Source: a virus
DNA: 64,000 bases
Virus record (IMG/VR): IMGVR_UViG_3300011116_000925
Location: 1 to 64,000 of that record
Strand: one strand, 5' to 3'
This document shows positions 29,332-38,979 of the stretch, one piece after another (within the stretch, counting starts at the first letter, position 1; the number at the start of each line of letters is the position of its first letter). Position numbers and translations under genes: made by a program. The notes beneath the pieces were generated by a model. It did not search any database. It was not told the origin of the DNA and was given only the letters and a program-made list of their open reading frames with translations.

Positions 29332-29588
29332 TCAGTGTCCTTAATAATAGTAAGCATATCAGGGAGTGGTCCATATGGATACCCTATACGGCTCTCTAAA
29401 TCAGATTTCCGTTCTATGCGTTGAATACCCAAAAAATATCGACCAATTTGAATACCCCATAATCGAGTGATTTCTCTTGACACATTCTCAGGTAGAGCCC
29501 GCCTTCGGATGATTGTACCAGGGGTGTACAACCAATTTTCGATTGTAATACCTACCCGATTTCTCAACTTACCCGAGTAAATTCTCAT
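29328..29588 (-). CDS. Hypothetical protein
   Basis: TTGACA-N16-TAGCAT-N6-ATG upstream. Confidence 0.6.
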   Translation of the reverse strand: MRIYSGKLRNRVGITIENWLYTPGTIIRRRALPENVSREITRLWGIQIGRYFLGIQRIERKSDLESRIGYPYGPLPDMLTIIKDTE

Positions 29589-29668
29589 ATTCAAATGCTA
29601 ACAGAATTCATTCAATTGTCAACCATTAAAAGTATTGTTTTTATAATAAAATATGTTACTATAACACA

Positions 29669-29977
29669 ATGTATAAGATGTACCTCGATGATCTTAGGAA
29701 TCCAAAAAATAATGGATTTATAATTGTCAGAAGCTTCAATGAAGCAGTGCAATATGTACAGACCCATGGATTTCCATCATATGTAAGCTTTGATCATGAT
29801 TTAGGTGATCACGCAGAAAAAACAGGATATGATTTTGCCAAATATTTGGTGGATCTTGACCTAAATGGTATTATGAAAATGCCAGATAATTTTGATTTCA
29901 ATGTACACAGTGCTAATCCGGTTGGAGCTACCAATATCAAAAACTACATGGAGAATTATCTTCGTTACCGAGATTAA
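29669..29977 (+). CDS. Cyclic-phosphate-processing receiver-domain protein
   Basis: YLDDLR, SFDHDLG, TGYD, HSANPVG motifs. Confidence 0.8.
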   Translation: MYKMYLDDLRNPKNNGFIIVRSFNEAVQYVQTHGFPSYVSFDHDLGDHAEKTGYDFAKYLVDLDLNGIMKMPDNFDFNVHSANPVGATNIKNYMENYLRYRD

Positions 29978-29985
29978 ATATCTAT

Positions 29986-30576
29986 ATGGTAACATTGGTT
30001 TATATTCATGGAGCTAATGCAACTGGAAACAGTTGGAATTATTTAAGAAGTAAAATAAAAGCAACCAATGAATATATCTTAGAATATTCAAGTTCAGTAA
30101 GATTTGAACAAAATTTTCAGAATATGATTAAATCTACTGAAAATTTAAATAGAGTATATCTAATTGGTCATAGTCTTGGTGGCATATATGCATATTATCT
30201 AGCCAATAAAATGCAAGGCAGATGTTTAGGTGGAATGAGTATTTCAACACCATTTGGTGGTATAAAATCTGCTTATCTACTTGGCTTCATTTTCCCATTT
30301 TATGCATTATTCCAAGATATAAAACCAACAAGTAAAGTTATTTCTCACATTTCCAATATCAAAAATATCAAAAATTGGACACAAGTAATAACTCACAAAG
30401 ATTTTAGTCCATTACTTAGAAATAATAATGACGGTGTGGTGACCGTTGCTAGTCAACATAAAATCAACTGTGAAAAAATTACAATGAATTTTAGCCACAA
30501 TGAAATCCTGCAAAGTTCATCACTTGCAGGATTGATCATTAATAAAAGTGGTTTAAATTTAAATTCACAAATTTAA
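29986..30576 (+). CDS. Alpha/beta hydrolase
   Basis: YIHG, GHSLGG nucleophile elbow, TPFGG, NDGVV, SH. Confidence 0.85.
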   Translation: MVTLVYIHGANATGNSWNYLRSKIKATNEYILEYSSSVRFEQNFQNMIKSTENLNRVYLIGHSLGGIYAYYLANKMQGRCLGGMSISTPFGGIKSAYLLGFIFPFYALFQDIKPTSKVISHISNIKNIKNWTQVITHKDFSPLLRNNNDGVVTVASQHKINCEKITMNFSHNEILQSSSLAGLIINKSGLNLNSQI

Positions 30577-30968
30577 TCAGCCTGTCGAACAAAATAGTGA
30601 ATTCGTTCTGCAGCATTTCCAAAATATTCTCTGCAACAATTTACTACTTCATTGACATCATATGGTTTGCAACTAAAACAATCAAAATAATAAGAACCTA
30701 ATCCAGTATTCTTGGGATCATATTCAACAAAATGAACACATATATTTGACGTTTCTATCAATTGCATAGCAGTAATGCCTAGTTTATTACCACTTCCAAA
30801 TCGAACGATTTGAGGTTCTCCATATGGTACCATATCGATACGAGTTACCAAATCTTTGATAAAGGCATAAATTAAATCAGGATCACTAATCTTTTTAATA
30901 TCTGCGCCGCCTGCATCAATTGATAGATGATATCCCCAATATGGGGAATTGTCGTCAGTTGTGTTCAT
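30573..30968 (-). CDS. speD: Pyruvoyl-dependent S-adenosylmethionine decarboxylase-like proenzyme
   Basis: WGYHL.ID, GIT..QLIETSNICVH, DCFSCKPYD; TATAAATA at 31001-31008. Confidence 0.75.
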   Translation of the reverse strand: MNTTDDNSPYWGYHLSIDAGGADIKKISDPDLIYAFIKDLVTRIDMVPYGEPQIVRFGSGNKLGITAMQLIETSNICVHFVEYDPKNTGLGSYYFDCFSCKPYDVNEVVNCCREYFGNAAERIHYFVRQAD

Positions 30969-31038
30969 TACATAAAATCCCTTTCTAGGCTTCTTAGATC
31001 TATTTATAAGTTCTTTTGATGAAAGAATCAATTTCTTT

Positions 31039-31557
31039 CTAATCGTATATTTTAGGAAATCCTACTATCATTTTTCGTTTTTTTGTTCCCATTATTTCAC
31101 GATAATAATGATATCCATCATCATCCAATTCAATTTTTTTCCCAGGCAATAATAACTTAACATAAGTATTGGATACTGGTTTAGCACCTAATTTAATAAA
31201 ATGATCTTCCATTTTATCACTAACTTCAGACCATGTTGTTTTCATAGATAAGTCTTGTTTTGATAATAAGTGGAAATCCCTAGTTCCCTGTTTTGTCTGA
31301 TTTGTACCACTTGCTATTCCTTTTCTACCAAATGAATCTTTATAAATGCGGAATGCAGTAATATGATCACCACGCTTAATTATTTTCCAAATTCCAGAAT
31401 CATAGATTAATTCTTTTTTATCTTTCGCACCCTTATATCCACCAACATATGAATATGATTTAGATAGCATATCCCATATTTGATCTACATATTCTTGTTT
31501 TGCATCTGGATCAATGAGATTTAATACTCTTTCCAGAAGCATAATATCAGCTTTCAT
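31039..31557 (-). CDS. Hypothetical protein with head-protein-like leader
   Basis: MKADIMLLE; SY..VGG, GRK, WSEVS, DGYHYYR. Confidence 0.65.
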   Translation of the reverse strand: MKADIMLLERVLNLIDPDAKQEYVDQIWDMLSKSYSYVGGYKGAKDKKELIYDSGIWKIIKRGDHITAFRIYKDSFGRKGIASGTNQTKQGTRDFHLLSKQDLSMKTTWSEVSDKMEDHFIKLGAKPVSNTYVKLLLPGKKIELDDDGYHYYREIMGTKKRKMIVGFPKIYD

Positions 31558-31560
31558 TTT

Positions 31561-32103
31561 TCATTTCCTCACATATCCATAGCCAACAATGAAATTAGGT
31601 GGAATTATTTTTGGATACCGAATTTCTGTTCTAGCATAATATTCAACATCTGACATTCCACCATCTATCACTAATTTTTGATATTCTTCTTTATCACTAA
31701 GCCTTTTTGCAATTTCAGTCATTGCTCCTCTCATTGGAGCCATTTTATGTAAAAAATCACTCTGTGGAATTTTAATTACAAAAGTAACACGTTCATGATT
31801 GGGTACATGTAATACTTTTGCACCAACACTTCTAAAAGTTTTTAATCGAAATTGTGTTTCTCCACCTGCTCCACTCATACTTGCATATCCATGTGCTGTA
31901 TTTGGTTCTAATGCCAATGAAACCCAACCAGCAGTATAGCCTTCTAAAGGAGCAGATAATCCATTTTTTAAAACACTATCAATATTTCGCTCATGTGTTC
32001 CATGATAAAATATCACAGGATCAGAATCTAACCACCAACCTATTTTTGTAAATCTAGCAATTTGTAATGGCTCAGTTGATTCAAATATCTCATAAAATCG
32101 CAT
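31561..32103 (-). CDS. Putative ADP-ribosyltransferase-fold protein with head-protein-like leader
   Basis: MRFYEIFES; FYHGT..NI.S.L.NGL, WVSL, A.GYA, EIR....IPP.FI. Confidence 0.6.
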   Translation of the reverse strand: MRFYEIFESTEPLQIARFTKIGWWLDSDPVIFYHGTHERNIDSVLKNGLSAPLEGYTAGWVSLALEPNTAHGYASMSGAGGETQFRLKTFRSVGAKVLHVPNHERVTFVIKIPQSDFLHKMAPMRGAMTEIAKRLSDKEEYQKLVIDGGMSDVEYYARTEIRYPKIIPPNFIVGYGYVRK

Positions 32104-32106
32104 TCA

Positions 32107-33069
32107 TTATTTATTTTTATTCTTAATCAATTTAAATGAACTCTGCATCTGACAGACCCATGACCATGCTAATGTTGCTGCTGCCAATGATGTAATATTA
32201 TTGACATCATATGATGGAGCTACTTCAACAAAATCTGCCCCTATCCAATCTAAGAATAAATTTTCAATTAAATACTTTGCCTGCAATGTTGTCAATCCAC
32301 CTATTTCTGGTGTGCCAGTGCCTGGAGCATATGCTGGATCTAGGCAATCAATATCAAAGGTTAGATAACATTTTTTATTCCCGACCACATTTCTAATTTG
32401 ATCAACAATAGAATCAATATTTCTTTTTATAAAATCAATAGGTGTGATCACGGTTCCACCTTCGTTTGAAAAATAATCACCTGATTTTAAATCTGCTGGA
32501 CTGCGTATTCCAATTTGTACACTCTTAGATGCATCAACGAAACCTTCTTGTATCGCATTGTACATCCAAGTTCCATGTCCATAATATCCTGAACCATGCT
32601 TAAACCAAGTATCACAATGCGCATCAAAATGAACTACACTGATAGGAAATTCATATTCATTCCACAATGAATATCCAATTCCTCTAAGAATTCCTCGAGT
32701 AATGCTATGATCACCACCAAAAATTAATGGAATATTTTTATTAGGCACTAAAATTGTTTGAATATATGATTGAATTTTATCATGACATTCTGATACCTCG
32801 AATGCGTTATTAATAGCGAGGTCACCCGAATCCCAAATATGATTATAATCAACCATATTATGGAATGTCGGGTGACATCCATCAGTAAGCATAAGGCTTG
32901 CTTCACGAATGGCTGCCGGACCTTGCCTTGCTCCTGATCTAAATGTTGTCGCTGCATCATATGGAATTCCCAATACCTGGATAGAATTCCTTTGTTCAAT
33001 ATTTCCTGATTTTAGAAAAGTTCGTATACCATGCATTGGCATGATATCTAGATCTTTATGAATCAACAT
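32107..33069 (-). CDS. speB: Agmatinase (ureohydrolase family)
   Basis: GARQGP, GGDHS, HFDAHCD, HGT, TFDIDCLDPAYAPGTGTPEIGG, EVAP. Confidence 0.9.
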   Translation of the reverse strand: MLIHKDLDIMPMHGIRTFLKSGNIEQRNSIQVLGIPYDAATTFRSGARQGPAAIREASLMLTDGCHPTFHNMVDYNHIWDSGDLAINNAFEVSECHDKIQSYIQTILVPNKNIPLIFGGDHSITRGILRGIGYSLWNEYEFPISVVHFDAHCDTWFKHGSGYYGHGTWMYNAIQEGFVDASKSVQIGIRSPADLKSGDYFSNEGGTVITPIDFIKRNIDSIVDQIRNVVGNKKCYLTFDIDCLDPAYAPGTGTPEIGGLTTLQAKYLIENLFLDWIGADFVEVAPSYDVNNITSLAAATLAWSWVCQMQSSFKLIKNKNK

Positions 33070-33311
33070 ACTACGGTCTTTACCATAGTAATATATTTTC
33101 CTAATATTAATTTTAAATTATTATTATGTTGAATAAATTCAACATAATATTTGGTACTACAATTAGCACTGCAAAATGGATATAATATTTCATCTTTAAC
33201 AAAATAATAAGTTGGTTCATTTGCCACATGAGCTGTTAACATTCCATCATCATTAGATGACCAATTTCGATGTAATAAACAATTTAATCCACAGGTAGTA
33301 CAATTATACAC
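33063..33311 (-). CDS. Small Cys-rich protein (CxxC...FCSxxC)
   Basis: Metal-binding pattern. Confidence 0.55.
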   Translation of the reverse strand: MYNCTTCGLNCLLHRNWSSNDDGMLTAHVANEPTYYFVKDEILYPFCSANCSTKYYVEFIQHNNNLKLILGKYITMVKTVVC

Positions 33312-33576
33312 GACAGCTCATCAAAGTTTGTACATATCCACGTAGAGCATGAATAGTAAGATAATCAATATTGGTCATTTCTTTTTCTTGCCCTTTATAT
33401 TTTTCTAAAAGTTGTGATAACATCATTCCAAAATATAAGGCATCATCACCTCGGAAAAATATTCCTGGCCAATCATTATTGATTATTAAGGCTCCACTCT
33501 CAATCCTATCACCATGTTCCTTGATATGAAATGGATCTGGTATTTTACTTAAATCTGCTGTAATTTCTTGCATCAA
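33304..33576 (-). CDS. Hypothetical protein
   Basis: RIESG....NDWPGIFFRGDDA motif. Confidence 0.65.
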   Translation of the reverse strand: MMQEITADLSKIPDPFHIKEHGDRIESGALIINNDWPGIFFRGDDALYFGMMLSQLLEKYKGQEKEMTNIDYLTIHALRGYVQTLMSCRV

Positions 33577-33878
33577 TGACTCAACACATTTACCAATAAA
33601 TTAATAATTTCAGAATCTGATTTTGATGATACAAAACCTAATGATTTCTTTTTATTTAAGAATGATTTCAATTTGCGTGAAACTCCTTCTTCATTATATT
33701 TAGCTTCAACCATGTCTCGACGTATGATATATCGGCCTTCGCTATGTAACCAACAATATATCCCAAGATTAAAATCAACTAATTCACCAAGATAATAAAC
33801 ATATGTGCTATTTTCAACAGGAATTGGATAATCAACCATCAAACTCATTGATCGCTCTTTACAATCAATATTGTTCAT
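33573..33878 (-). CDS. Hypothetical protein
   Basis: ORF in a packed operon. Confidence 0.55.
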   Translation of the reverse strand: MNNIDCKERSMSLMVDYPIPVENSTYVYYLGELVDFNLGIYCWLHSEGRYIIRRDMVEAKYNEEGVSRKLKSFLNKKKSLGFVSSKSDSEIINLLVNVLSH

Positions 33879-33880
33879 AT

Positions 33881-34501
33881 TTAATATCCTTCGTCTTCAG
33901 TATGATCTAAGTTTATTGATGGTTCTTTTTTAATGATTTCGGCAACCACCATATTGTCCATTTTATAACCCTTAAGAGAATATTTAAACCATCTCTTAAC
34001 GAAATCTGAATTTGTCTTGCCTTCTAGTACCAATTTCTTTTCAATGATCTGTTGATGAGTATTTGGTCCAAAATAAAATGTAGATCCATCATATCCAACC
34101 TTACATACACCGAAATCAAATGTATTAAAAATTTCATCATAGGATTTTAAAAATTCTCGAATAATTATCTGTATTTTACCTGATCCAGATTGAAATGTCA
34201 ATGCATTGTCAGTTTGAATTATCATATGCATGCCATATTTGTTTTCTAATCTAAATTTAAAATATTTTAAGGCTTCTTCGGATTCAACCCAAAAATCAAA
34301 ATCATTGATAGAATCATAACTTTTATCTAAATACAAAGATAAAGCTCCACCACCACAAAAGAATATTCCATGTTTTCTTAGATTTGGTAAATCAGATATT
34401 AAATCTCCTGGAAATCTATTAGAAGGTTTTATTGATGACCCAAATGATACTTCTTCAATGGATAAAGTATTTGTAGCTCTAGGTATACCAAACCAACTCA
34501 T
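33881..34501 (-). CDS. Nucleotidyltransferase-like protein (tRNA-NT/poly(A) polymerase head-like)
   Basis: CGGGAL...INDFDFW...NALT...IQII...FDFGVCK...R..KY..KGY. Confidence 0.65.
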   Translation of the reverse strand: MSWFGIPRATNTLSIEEVSFGSSIKPSNRFPGDLISDLPNLRKHGIFFCGGGALSLYLDKSYDSINDFDFWVESEEALKYFKFRLENKYGMHMIIQTDNALTFQSGSGKIQIIIREFLKSYDEIFNTFDFGVCKVGYDGSTFYFGPNTHQQIIEKKLVLEGKTNSDFVKRWFKYSLKGYKMDNMVVAEIIKKEPSINLDHTEDEGY

Positions 34502-35313
34502 TATGTCCACAATCCTTCTCTAATTTTGACTAATCTAATCAACATTTCTTCATCTTCCTTCATATGTTGATTATCAAGATCATTCACCTTTTGTAGAATA
34601 TTTTTTTGTTCTTGTTGTTCTTCATCTGTAAGTTGCATACTGTTTATCCAGAAACCATCCTTCTTTAAATGTTTCATTTTTTCACAATATGCAGACCACC
34701 CTGATTCATCCATTGAATCTTGACGCAATGGTCGTATCTGTGTCCACCATAGATATAATTCTTCGATTTCTTTTGCTCTAATTGCTTGATCAGTTAGGGT
34801 TCCATATATAGAATCAGATGGTTTATAGCCCATGCTTTCATCATTCGTGAGTCCCTTTTCCCATCGAAGATGATCTAATCCAGCATCTCGATTTCTATAA
34901 TTTTTAATTCTAAATAATCCATTGCTAAAGAATGGGAGGGAATATTTCTTCTTAGCTGATTCATCAAATACCATTGTCTTCCATGACAATTCAATTTCAA
35001 CATAATCTTTCAACAAGCTAAAACATGAATGTAGTATCCTATCACTAGTATCATAATATCCAGGTTTTAAACCAGTATCTACCATATGATATCTGTCAAA
35101 TAAACGATGTCTAATATAGTTTTTGCAATCCATATAACCATTACGAATTGGATATGTGATATCATTAATTTTATCCCAAATTTCTTCTGTGACAAAATAT
35201 GCCCATGGCCTAGATGTTTTCAATTTATTTTCCCAATTATCCCATTCTTCTAATGACAGATATTCTGGTTTTTCAACCTTCATTCTAGCACGTAAATAAT
35301 CTTGAATATTCAT
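34501..35313 (-). CDS. Hypothetical phage protein
   Basis: Trp-rich; ELYLWWT..RP.R, MLIRLVKIR.GLWT. Confidence 0.7.
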   Translation of the reverse strand: MNIQDYLRARMKVEKPEYLSLEEWDNWENKLKTSRPWAYFVTEEIWDKINDITYPIRNGYMDCKNYIRHRLFDRYHMVDTGLKPGYYDTSDRILHSCFSLLKDYVEIELSWKTMVFDESAKKKYSLPFFSNGLFRIKNYRNRDAGLDHLRWEKGLTNDESMGYKPSDSIYGTLTDQAIRAKEIEELYLWWTQIRPLRQDSMDESGWSAYCEKMKHLKKDGFWINSMQLTDEEQQEQKNILQKVNDLDNQHMKEDEEMLIRLVKIREGLWT

Positions 35314-35669
35314 TCTATATAAACCCACATGTTCTTTTTGTATTTTCTTAGATAACCTAGAAATAAATGATTTCCATTATCAATCTTAACTCGCTTAATA
35401 TAATCCTTAGGAGGCATTTGATCTGCATAAGGATCAACAATTATATGATTAGATTGCTTTACAATAATCATTCCCATAGAACAACTATTTAAAATTGCCA
35501 CTCGATCACCAACCTTTGGTCGAGTCGTTTGATGTATCCATCCAGTTGATATAAAATCAAATCCAATATTAGAATTAGTCCACTCGGGAAAATCTTCTAA
35601 TTTCTTTTCTAAATATATTCTTCCATAGATAATATTCTTTAATATCGTTAAAATGGAATTAAACATCAA
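35310..35669 (-). CDS. Hypothetical protein
   Basis: ORF with promoter-like upstream sequence. Confidence 0.55.
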   Translation of the reverse strand: MMFNSILTILKNIIYGRIYLEKKLEDFPEWTNSNIGFDFISTGWIHQTTRPKVGDRVAILNSCSMGMIIVKQSNHIIVDPYADQMPPKDYIKRVKIDNGNHLFLGYLRKYKKNMWVYIE

Positions 35670-35680
35670 TTACAACACTA

Positions 35681-35917
35681 TTAGGTAGCCTTCTTACGTC
35701 TAACAAGAAATTCTGGCATTCTTGGCCACCCATCTGCATAGAAAAATTTAGGATCAAATTTTGGAATATTATCCTTTTTCTTTTTAGAAGGTTCATTTTT
35801 GGTTTTTATTTTTTTGATTTCAGATACTTCAGCGGCGCCCAATTCTTTTGCCACTATTGCTGGATCAACTTTTTTAGTAGTTGATTCCTTAATTTTAACC
35901 TTAGATTTATTGCCCAT
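35681..35917 (-). CDS. Small Lys-rich protein
   Basis: Ends MPEFLVRRKKAT. Confidence 0.55.
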   Translation of the reverse strand: MGNKSKVKIKESTTKKVDPAIVAKELGAAEVSEIKKIKTKNEPSKKKKDNIPKFDPKFFYADGWPRMPEFLVRRKKAT

Positions 35918-35919
35918 AA

Positions 35920-36117
35920 TTAATTCCGAATTGATATATGTTTTAGATTTCGAGCTTTAGATCTTAGATTAAGGTGTGGTTGCCCAGTTCTTCGATTAAT
36001 ATTTGCTGCAATTCCATTAAATTGAGTACCTAATCGAGATAATTGCCTCACTGCTCTTTTGGCCAATTCTAATGCTCGTTCCTTAGTATTTCGTTTGGTT
36101 GTTTGTTTCTTATACAT
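35920..36117 (-). CDS. Small basic protein
   Basis: TTGACC-N17-TAAACT-N6-ATG upstream. Confidence 0.6.
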   Translation of the reverse strand: MYKKQTTKRNTKERALELAKRAVRQLSRLGTQFNGIAANINRRTGQPHLNLRSKARNLKHISIRN

Positions 36118-36164
36118 TATTAGAGTTTATATGATTGATCAATCTAGGTCAATCAATAAATTGG

Positions 36165-36623
36165 TCATAACCTAAAATCTTCCTGTCCGGCAATCTTTAG
36201 TTTTATAACATTGTTAATTTGGAAACCCTTAATATCAAGGGTTTTAATAATACCCTGCCATTTATTTCTCATTAATGCTACTTCATTAATCAATTCTTGG
36301 TATATGACAACTTCATCGTCACCATCTGCATATTTCTCAGCATCTCTACTAGTCAATAACCGATTATATCCCTCTAAATATTTTCTAAATATTCCAATTT
36401 TCTTTTTATTCATTATAATGTTTAAATGTTCAAGAATGGCTTCAATTTCCTGAAGCTGTGAAAATCTTTGTTCTACGATACCAGGAAGATCACGGCTCAA
36501 TTTTTCAACTGAGCCGGATATCCTAACCTCTAGTTTGGCTTGTAAATATTCTGATTCATACCAATCTAATGCATTTGGAATTTCAGATAAATTAGATTTG
36601 ACTTTATTAAACCAAATTGCCAT
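36165..36623 (-). CDS. uvsY: Recombination mediator UvsY-like
   Basis: YLEGYNR.LTSRDAEKYADGD, KGFQINNVIKL; downstream of uvsX. Confidence 0.75.
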   Translation of the reverse strand: MAIWFNKVKSNLSEIPNALDWYESEYLQAKLEVRISGSVEKLSRDLPGIVEQRFSQLQEIEAILEHLNIIMNKKKIGIFRKYLEGYNRLLTSRDAEKYADGDDEVVIYQELINEVALMRNKWQGIIKTLDIKGFQINNVIKLKIAGQEDFRL

Positions 36624-36853
36624 TATTCCTCAATTTCTTCCTCTTCATCATCAACTTCTAACGCTCTAGCTATTGATACGCTTAAGACTGAATCATTTCT
36701 AGCCAATTCCATTAGATCTTCATCACTCATATTATTACCCAGCAACCATTCTATATAGGCATCAGCGACTAGATTCTTTTCTTTAGGTTGAATACTAATA
36801 GCAAAAATATCCCATAATTCTAATGCAATATCTGCATCTAATATCACATGCAT
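36623..36853 (-). CDS. Small acidic protein
   Basis: TAATG-coupled between uvsX and uvsY. Confidence 0.7.
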   Translation of the reverse strand: MHVILDADIALELWDIFAISIQPKEKNLVADAYIEWLLGNNMSDEDLMELARNDSVLSVSIARALEVDDEEEEIEE

Positions 36854-37914
36854 TATTCTTCCTCACTAACTTCTGATATAATTTCTAAAATTTGGCCCGA
36901 TATAAATTCCCAATCTAACATGATCTTCATTAATATATCATCGGAATATGCCTTTTTGAATCCAATAAATTCTTCACCATTACTAAATTTAATCTTATAG
37001 CGATTTCCTTCACGAATGAAAACATTTTTAGATTCCAACATTTCCCACATTCCACTAAATGGATTCATCCCTTCATCCCAAGGAATCTTAATCTGAACAC
37101 TTTCAAATGGTTTATTATATCTAGTTTTCATAACCTTACATGCTGCTCTGATACCTCGAACATCAGTAACTTTATTTCCATCAGAATCTTCCTTAAGCTT
37201 CAATTTTCTCATTGCTACTACAATTGAACTAGCATAAATGAACCCCTGGCCGCCACTGATCTTGTCATCAGGATCAAACATGTCTTGGCTCGCATATGTA
37301 TGATTTGTGGCAACTAATCCTACGTTGAAATTGCCAAACATGTTAACACAATTTCGTATTAATGCTGTCAGTGCCTTAGGTTTTCGACCCATATCACCTT
37401 TAAGTTCACCACGGTCGAATTGATCAATATCTGTTTGTGTCAATAACATACCTAAACTATCAACAATGAATAATACCTTTGGTCTCTTGTCTTCGGGAGT
37501 TGCTCTATATTCCTTCATAAAATCTGAAATCAACTTTGCAACCTCATCAATCATACTTACACTAGCTTTGATGAGTTTATCTTCATTGGTATCAACACCT
37601 AAGGCCTGTAGCCAATTTTCATCCAATGCATTTTCTGAATCAATGATTATAGGAAGCCATCCCTTAAGTTGAGCTTCTCTAGCTAAATTTCCAGAACAAA
37701 TGAAACTCTTTCCACTACCACTTTCTCCCGCAAACATGGTAACTTTTCCCATTGGAACGCCCTTAAAAAAATCACCACTTATTCTATAATTTAATACATA
37801 ATTTCCTGTACTGATCCAATCGGTTGGATCATTAAATCCTAATGCCATATTAGGCACTGCTTTAGTCAAACTTTTTCTAAATTTTGAAATGTCGAACGCT
37901 TTGGTCATGATCAT
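36853..37914 (-). CDS. uvsX: RecA/UvsX recombinase
   Basis: ISTG, GESGSGKS, IDSENALD, IVDSLG, TNHTY, SGG, KTR. Confidence 0.92.
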   Translation of the reverse strand: MIMTKAFDISKFRKSLTKAVPNMALGFNDPTDWISTGNYVLNYRISGDFFKGVPMGKVTMFAGESGSGKSFICSGNLAREAQLKGWLPIIIDSENALDENWLQALGVDTNEDKLIKASVSMIDEVAKLISDFMKEYRATPEDKRPKVLFIVDSLGMLLTQTDIDQFDRGELKGDMGRKPKALTALIRNCVNMFGNFNVGLVATNHTYASQDMFDPDDKISGGQGFIYASSIVVAMRKLKLKEDSDGNKVTDVRGIRAACKVMKTRYNKPFESVQIKIPWDEGMNPFSGMWEMLESKNVFIREGNRYKIKFSNGEEFIGFKKAYSDDILMKIMLDWEFISGQILEIISEVSEEE

Positions 37915-37940
37915 TCTTCCTTATTAATATAAATTAGTAG

Positions 37941-37973
37941 TAATAGTGAATTGATGACATCAATTCACTATTA
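37941..37973. repeat. Perfect 15-bp inverted repeat between gene 32 and uvsX (terminator or processing hairpin)
   Basis: TAATAGTGAATTGAT-gac-ATCAATTCACTATTA. Confidence 0.8.
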
Positions 37974-37980
37974 TTCATTT

Positions 37981-38979
37981 TTAAGATTTTGGTTGACGAT
38001 CTCGAATCATCTTTAATATATCTTCAGCTCGTGCGCCGCCAGGTTTCTTTGTTTCGATAACCTGAGATATGGGAGTCGTCTGTTCTGCAGAATTTTTATT
38101 TTCCACAATACGAACTTCTGGTTTAACAACATTTGAAGTTACGTTTGTTGTAATTAAATCTGCATCATCAGTTTCTGCAGTAGAATTAGTCTTTCGATCA
38201 TATGATTTATAAAACATCCCAAATTTATCTGAATCAAAATTATCACCATTTACACTTGATTCAAACATTTCTTTAATAAGCTTTAATTCATCAGTTGTTG
38301 GTTTCTTTGGAAGAAAATCCTTAAGATTAAAGAGTCCAAATTTTTCAATAGCTTCTAATTCTTGATCATTAAGAGGACGTTCTCGACGTGCCCAGGTGCT
38401 TGTACCATAATCAGCATATTGTCCTTTAGAACCTTTGATAATTCTAAAATCCAATCCACGTTTAATATCAGTTGGAAGTTCTTCCATCTCAGGATCCATC
38501 AATGCTCCCTTAATAACATTGAAAATCTGAGGATTAATAACCAACCTACGAATTGGATTTTCGGGAATAACTTCTTCTTTCATAGGACTATCTACTATAA
38601 AGCCTTGAAAAATATAACTACGCTTTTTCCAATACTTTCTTCCCATATCTTCAAGACTCTTATCCTTGAACCAATTTCGTACTTCAGCTAAGATAGGACA
38701 AGTTTCTCTCCACATCTCCATACAAGGAACTTGAACAGTAATAGACTTACTGTCGTCTTGACCCTTAATACCACGAAAAGGTAATTTAATCATATTTCTT
38801 TCAACCCAGAAAAATGAATTTGTGGTATCTTTGTCTGCCAAAAATCTAACGGTTGCGGTGCTGTTATCTGGAATATTCCAATGTGCATATACACTGGTAT
38901 CTGTGGAAGCACCTGTTCCACTTTTTCCTTTTTCAGATTCTGCCTTAAGCTTTGCTCTAATTTCTAATAATGTTGCCAT
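37981..38979 (-). CDS. Single-stranded DNA-binding protein (T4 gp32-like)
   Basis: VRFL, PCMEMW..TCP, YWKKRSY, GLDFRI.K..KGQYADY.TS. Confidence 0.88.
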   Translation of the reverse strand: MATLLEIRAKLKAESEKGKSGTGASTDTSVYAHWNIPDNSTATVRFLADKDTTNSFFWVERNMIKLPFRGIKGQDDSKSITVQVPCMEMWRETCPILAEVRNWFKDKSLEDMGRKYWKKRSYIFQGFIVDSPMKEEVIPENPIRRLVINPQIFNVIKGALMDPEMEELPTDIKRGLDFRIIKGSKGQYADYGTSTWARRERPLNDQELEAIEKFGLFNLKDFLPKKPTTDELKLIKEMFESSVNGDNFDSDKFGMFYKSYDRKTNSTAETDDADLITTNVTSNVVKPEVRIVENKNSAEQTTPISQVIETKKPGGARAEDILKMIRDRQPKS

